A DNA stretch of 57,526 nt from Pelomyxa schiedti (Eukaryota > Protista > Evosea): NCBI GenBank assembly GCA_020536535.1, contig JAHLWZ010000893.1, positions 1 through 57,526 of the forward strand, read 5' to 3'. Made by a program: the position numbers and the translations under genes. Under the pieces are notes generated by a model. It did not search any database, was not told the DNA's origin, and was given only the letters and a program-made list of their open reading frames with translations. The stretch's first letter is position 1. Each line of letters starts with the position of its first letter. Of the stretch, positions 53,419-57,526 are shown one piece after another.

Positions 53419-54098
53419 CTATGACACAAAGTCGTCTAGGATGTTGATTACTTTAGAGGTTGTGTGGTTGACGCCAAAGTTGAACAGGAAGCAGGACATT
53501 CTGTACACTGTGATTTTTAGCATCATATCCTCACCAGAAGTGTATCTGTCCAGAATGGTGGCCCTAGACTCGGGTAGAGCTGTTGTTTGGTGGGGTTTTT
53601 TTTAAAAAAAAAATGTGGCCAGGCAAAATGCAAGACACACCATCGTTTTCTAGTTTCAGCAGTACTTTGGTAGTTTCCTTCCTTAGAGTAAATGAGCCAA
53701 ATGATCCTTGACCAATGTAGTATCCATTGAGTGTTGCACTGAAACTCCCACGTGAAACAGCAACTCCTAGCGTCACATCTCTACAAACCATGACGTTAAC
53801 AATAATAAACACACGCAGACAACGACAAACCATTCCCAACATCGATTAATAGAATAGAAAAAGGGGCCCATAATACGCACCCAGTTGCATTGACACTAGC
53901 CCAAAAGGAAGCCTCGAGAGCCACGCCTCCCGACGGCGACGCCTGTATGGAGTCCACCTTCATCGCGTCGACGCGCCACGCGGCCCGGTTCACGGCGGAC
54001 TTCAGCGTGGCCACAGCGACCCCGCACCCTATCGCCGCCATGCACCCCAGCACCAGCGGCACCATCAGCCCCATCGCTATAGCCGTGCTCAATCTCAT
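53419..54098 (-). CDS. Small membrane-anchored beta-rich protein (LEA_2/WHy-like), spliced
   Basis: N-terminal hydrophobic helix MRLSTAIAMGLMVPLVLGCMAAIGCGVAV, followed by alternating beta strands including LNGYYIGQG. Confidence 0.5.
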
Positions 54099-54303
54099 TC
54101 TCTCTCGCTGTCTGTGTCTCACTCACAATCTCTCACTTGTGGGCCTCCTTATGTTGGCTGGGTTTTTTTTTTTTCCTTTCTTTCTTTCTTTTACCCTCAT
54201 TTTGTTGTTGTCTCGACGGCGCCGTCGAGTGACTTCATCGTGGCGCTTTTTTTTTGTTTGTTTGTCCGGCATTTCTTGGAAATCAACAAGAAACCGTTCT
54301 CTC

Positions 54304-56967
54304 CTAGAGCCAGTGATTGGGAGCAAGGAAGGAGAGTACGTGATGGGCCACGGCCGAGGGTAGCCTGCCAATAGGGTGCAGCTGCTCCCTATTATGGGTG
54401 ATTTGAGGGGAGCCTGTTGTTGCGGGCACGGGCGCCGTTCTCGTGGAATTCCTGAGCCAGCACAGTAGCACGGTGACGAGGACGAGTTCCTTGAACCACC
54501 ACGGGAACATTGTGTGCTTGGCTGGGTCCCACGCAGCAGGGTGCCTCAGGTGTGTCATAGTCCCTTGCTCCCCGAGTCTGGTAAGAACAGTGCGGTGGAA
54601 TTCCGAGAGGCTTCTGCTGCCTGCAGAAGCCTTAGCCCCCATTTTGTCGGGGGGAGGGATCACCATGCCGTGGAACCACAGCAGTTGCACCATTTGCGGG
54701 GGTCCATGTAGTATGGCTTCAGCAAAGAGAGAGAGGGGCAGGTGTGGGTTGCAGAACGGGAGGAGCCGGATGGCTAGGGGGAGGTTGTTGAGGTTTATGG
54801 CCTGCTGCAGGAGTGAAACCCGTTTGGGGGGTTTGGCTTGGACTTTAATGCTGATTGCCGGGTCATATTCGGGGTCTGAGTGAAGGACGAGCTTCATGAT
54901 GCTGTCATCTTTCCCTTGCTGTAAGATACACCAGGTCACAAGTGTGTCCAGGGTTGCATTGGATGAGCAGGCCATACTTCTGGTAAATGGAGACTTACGG
55001 GCGTTCAATGAGGTTCCGCAGTCAGAGACATAGAGAGCCTGTAGTAGTCGCATGGCCACCTTGTCTCTCTTGAAGCATATGGCCGCTCTTTTGCGCTGAG
55101 GTAACTGCTTAAGAAGTGTCACTGCAAGGTCGTCATTGTCTTCAGTGATTCCCTTCAAATTGGGTTGGAAGCAGCACCTGAGGAAACGCTCCATGCTGCG
55201 AATAGAGGACCTTGAGGTGCAAAATATTACTGTCTTGGCACGAAGCCCAATAGAGGTATTTTGCAGTGAGGATGTTGTTGCAGCAATCAAAAGCAGGGTT
55301 TGTACAATGGTACTTACTTTTATGCTGAGTTCAATGAGACTTATTTGAGACATCGTTTGGATGTATTCTCCATTAATTTGCACTTCATCCTTCTCCACAT
55401 GGACAAGAAAAACTTTTAAACCCTCTTCTGAGTTATATCTCCTCTTTCTGCCCAATGAGGGTGGTGCAGTAGTCTGCAACGCATTAAAGACAGCCTCGGC
55501 AACTTCAGGAAACTCAGGGAGGTACCTGACTTTCTCGGAACACATATTTAACATGTGATAAAACGGTCCAAACACAGTACATATTCCGTGGTACCTCTTG
55601 ACTGTTGCAAGGAGAACAGTTCTAAGCGATTCCACGGTAGTTAGGCAGTTCATAAGTTGTCTAACTGAAAACAGGGTTTCCAGGATCCCCGGTGATCCAG
55701 GTTCACATGCAAACAGAAGTGCCTTGATCACTAGTTGCTCAGGAATAACTCCATTCGAAAGGGCAACTGGGATTAGGAGCAATGCAGCCATTGTTCTTCT
55801 ACTAACACTGATGTCAGGTGCTGGGGTAGTAAGTTGGTTCTCGGCAAATTGGAGAAGGGTGCCGTGTGCTTGCTTGTCAACCAAAGATAACAAGGTAAGA
55901 GTTTTTAGGAGAGCAGCAACGAAATAAGCGGTTTTAGCGAATGGTTGGTGTGCAATCACGTACTCAGACCTCTCCAAGGAGTTAATAATAGCGTTCACAA
56001 ACGGGATAGTAATATACTCCTTGATGAAACATAAAATAGGGGGTCGTATTGGCAAGGCATCCCATCCCTCCACCATTCTCAGCGCTGAATACCTTTCAAA
56101 AGATAGAGCACTCAGGTCAGACAGATAACGCAAGGAAAGCTTCTTAACAAAATCCGGAAGTACCTCGGCAAGGCTCACGCAAGAGGTAAAAAGGTTGGCA
56201 TGCCAAGGAGACATTGTGTACATTCTATCGACAATGGCCCGCAACTGTGCCTCGTGTGGCGGTATCAGCGCGTTGTATCGCGGGTTTGGAAGGAAGTCAC
56301 TGAAAATCATGGTGAAGGCCTTCCAAGCCACCCTCCAGTGCCCCTTTCCAGAAGCCACATCCAACAGTTCCGCGAAGAAATGGCCCACCACGTTGGATAC
56401 CACCGAGGGCGTCGCGCGCACCAGGCTCGACGCCAAAGCCGCGAGTATCTCCCCGGTGAACGCAACCACCAGCGCCTCGCGGTCCTTGACGCGCGCCGAC
56501 CCGTCGAGCGCCGCCAGCACGCTCTCCCACTTGCCCAAGTGGCACGCGGCCCTCACCATCACCTGCACCAGCGCCGTGTCGCTTTCGGTCCGGCGCCAGC
56601 CCTCCGCGGGGTCGGTCACTTGGGCCAGGCACAGCTGCGCCGCCTCCGCGAGGAACGGCGCCTCCTCGGCGGTCCACAGGATGGAATCGCCGCCGTAGGG
56701 CAGGAACTTGGTGAGGTGCGAGACGAGGGCCTCCCCGAACGAGAGCTTCGAGGCCAAGTTGGCGCGGGCGGACAGGCCCACGAACGACCTAAGAAGCAGA
56801 CGAGCCTCGCGGCTGGAATCCTCCCATCGCTGTTGTCTCCCACCACCATCGTCGTCCTCCTCCTCGGCCTCGTGCTCATTCATCACCACATCCGGACCCG
56901 CTGGGTCGTCAAATCTGACCTCCTCTGCGGCGTCCTCCAAGTCTTCCGTATCGCTGGTGCCCTGCAT
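54304..56967 (-). CDS. Large intronless helical protein with ankyrin-like repeats and a C-terminal F-box-like motif
   Basis: An uninterrupted ORF of about 887 codons from ATG 56967. SLLQQAINLNNLPLAIRLL and FAEAILHGPPQMVQLL are ankyrin-like. It ends WDPAKHTMFPWWFKELV...RLPSAVAHHVLSFL. Confidence 0.65.
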   Translation of the reverse strand: MQGTSDTEDLEDAAEEVRFDDPAGPDVVMNEHEAEEEDDDGGGRQQRWEDSSREARLLLRSFVGLSARANLASKLSFGEALVSHLTKFLPYGGDSILWTAEEAPFLAEAAQLCLAQVTDPAEGWRRTESDTALVQVMVRAACHLGKWESVLAALDGSARVKDREALVVAFTGEILAALASSLVRATPSVVSNVVGHFFAELLDVASGKGHWRVAWKAFTMIFSDFLPNPRYNALIPPHEAQLRAIVDRMYTMSPWHANLFTSCVSLAEVLPDFVKKLSLRYLSDLSALSFERYSALRMVEGWDALPIRPPILCFIKEYITIPFVNAIINSLERSEYVIAHQPFAKTAYFVAALLKTLTLLSLVDKQAHGTLLQFAENQLTTPAPDISVSRRTMAALLLIPVALSNGVIPEQLVIKALLFACEPGSPGILETLFSVRQLMNCLTTVESLRTVLLATVKRYHGICTVFGPFYHMLNMCSEKVRYLPEFPEVAEAVFNALQTTAPPSLGRKRRYNSEEGLKVFLVHVEKDEVQINGEYIQTMSQISLIELSIKVSTIVQTLLLIAATTSSLQNTSIGLRAKTVIFCTSRSSIRSMERFLRCCFQPNLKGITEDNDDLAVTLLKQLPQRKRAAICFKRDKVAMRLLQALYVSDCGTSLNARKSPFTRSMACSSNATLDTLVTWCILQQGKDDSIMKLVLHSDPEYDPAISIKVQAKPPKRVSLLQQAINLNNLPLAIRLLPFCNPHLPLSLFAEAILHGPPQMVQLLWFHGMVIPPPDKMGAKASAGSRSLSEFHRTVLTRLGEQGTMTHLRHPAAWDPAKHTMFPWWFKELVLVTVLLCWLRNSTRTAPVPATTGSPQITHNREQLHPIGRLPSAVAHHVLSFLAPNHWL

Positions 56968-57041
56968 TTTTCGCCTCTGCGCCAAACCACAAAACGTCGT
57001 CGTTTCACGAAACCGAAAGGGAAAACAGTTTTTGTTTTAAG

Positions 57042-57526
57042 ATGCCAACGAGGGTGACAGCAGGAAGGCTCACGAGAGCCCTACAGGCAGCTTCGATTGC
57101 GTTTGCATTTGCAGTTGCCGTTGCGGCAGGTGTGGCGAGGGCGTCGGGGGAATGGGCTGGGATTGTGGGAGGGACAGCGACGAAGGTGCCGCGGCTGGGG
57201 ACCGGGGACTTGGCCGGGTTCGTGTCGCCGGCGAGCCCCCCTTACGACATCTACGACCCAGCGTCATACGTGCCCCACGTCGTGGAGTCGATGGCGTCGC
57301 TGGGCCTCAACGCAACATTTGGTGCCCACGCATTTGTGCAGATGGGGTATGTATGCATGCTATGTATGCGTGCCCAGGGTGACTGTGTTTTGTTTTTGTT
57401 TCTGTTTCTGTTTCTGCTTCTGCTTCTGCTTCTGCTTTGGATTTTGATTCTGCGTAGGTACTTGGCTGGAACGGACGAGATGCGCGCCAGTGATGTTATG
57501 GAGGCGTTCTCTAACAGTTCCGTGAA
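57042..57526 (+). CDS. Peptidase S66 (LD-carboxypeptidase LdcA/MccF-like), 5' partial, with an N-terminal signal-like segment
   Basis: MPTRV...ASIAFAFAVAVAAGVARA followed by VPRLGTGDLAGFVSPASP...GLNATFGAHAF..MG|YLAGTDEMRASDVMEAFSNSSV matches the S66 N-terminal consensus. The GT-AG intron lies at about 57347-57457. Confidence 0.82.
   Translation, partial: MPTRVTAGRLTRALQAASIAFAFAVAVAAGVARASGEWAGIVGGTATKVPRLGTGDLAGFVSPASPPYDIYDPASYVPHVVESMASLGLNATFGAHAFVQMGYVCMLCMRAQGDCVLFLFLFLFLLLLLLLLWILILRRYLAGTDEMRASDVMEAFSNSSV
57388..57452. repeat. Degenerate hexamer microsatellite (TTTTTG/TTTCTG/TTCTGC) inside an intron
   Basis: Read directly from the sequence: tttttg tttctg tttctg tttctg cttctg cttctg cttctg. 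Confidence 0.85.

Overview
This is gene-dense, intron-rich eukaryotic genomic DNA, not prokaryotic. The gene content (Roco kinase, GH25 lysozyme, TLDc and ART domains, LysM, classical PTP) and the tiny introns with GTT-rich donors point to an amoebozoan protist, possibly an archamoeba such as Pelomyxa. That assignment is inference. I reconstructed about 24 spliced genes by hand: an EF-hand protein, CYTH/TTM, COG2, a Zn-finger-LysM-UBA protein, a GIGYF-like protein, APRT, a classical PTP, RAD23, a THEP1-like NTPase, a polyQ/Cys-rich protein, dUTPase, polyubiquitin, an ART-TLDc fusion, a TBC1D22/Gyp1 RabGAP, phosducin-like 2, a DSP-CBM20 protein, a Roco kinase, an LRR protein, GH25 lysozyme, a RhoGAP-SH3-Ras fusion, a LEA_2-like protein, orphan ORFs and a partial S66 LD-carboxypeptidase. 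The most interesting items are: (1) a reversed-laforin-like DSP-CBM20 phosphatase; (2) a Ras GTPase fused behind an arginine-finger-less RhoGAP and an SH3 domain; (3) an ADP-ribosyltransferase-TLDc fusion; (4) a polyubiquitin whose last unit stops at Leu73; (5) a 3-copy hairpin repeat array; (6) a bacterial-type peptidoglycan peptidase with a signal-peptide-like N-terminus; and (7) repeated GC-AG introns and 14-nt micro-exons. Gene spans include introns. Splice models are manual and have not been checked against RNA.
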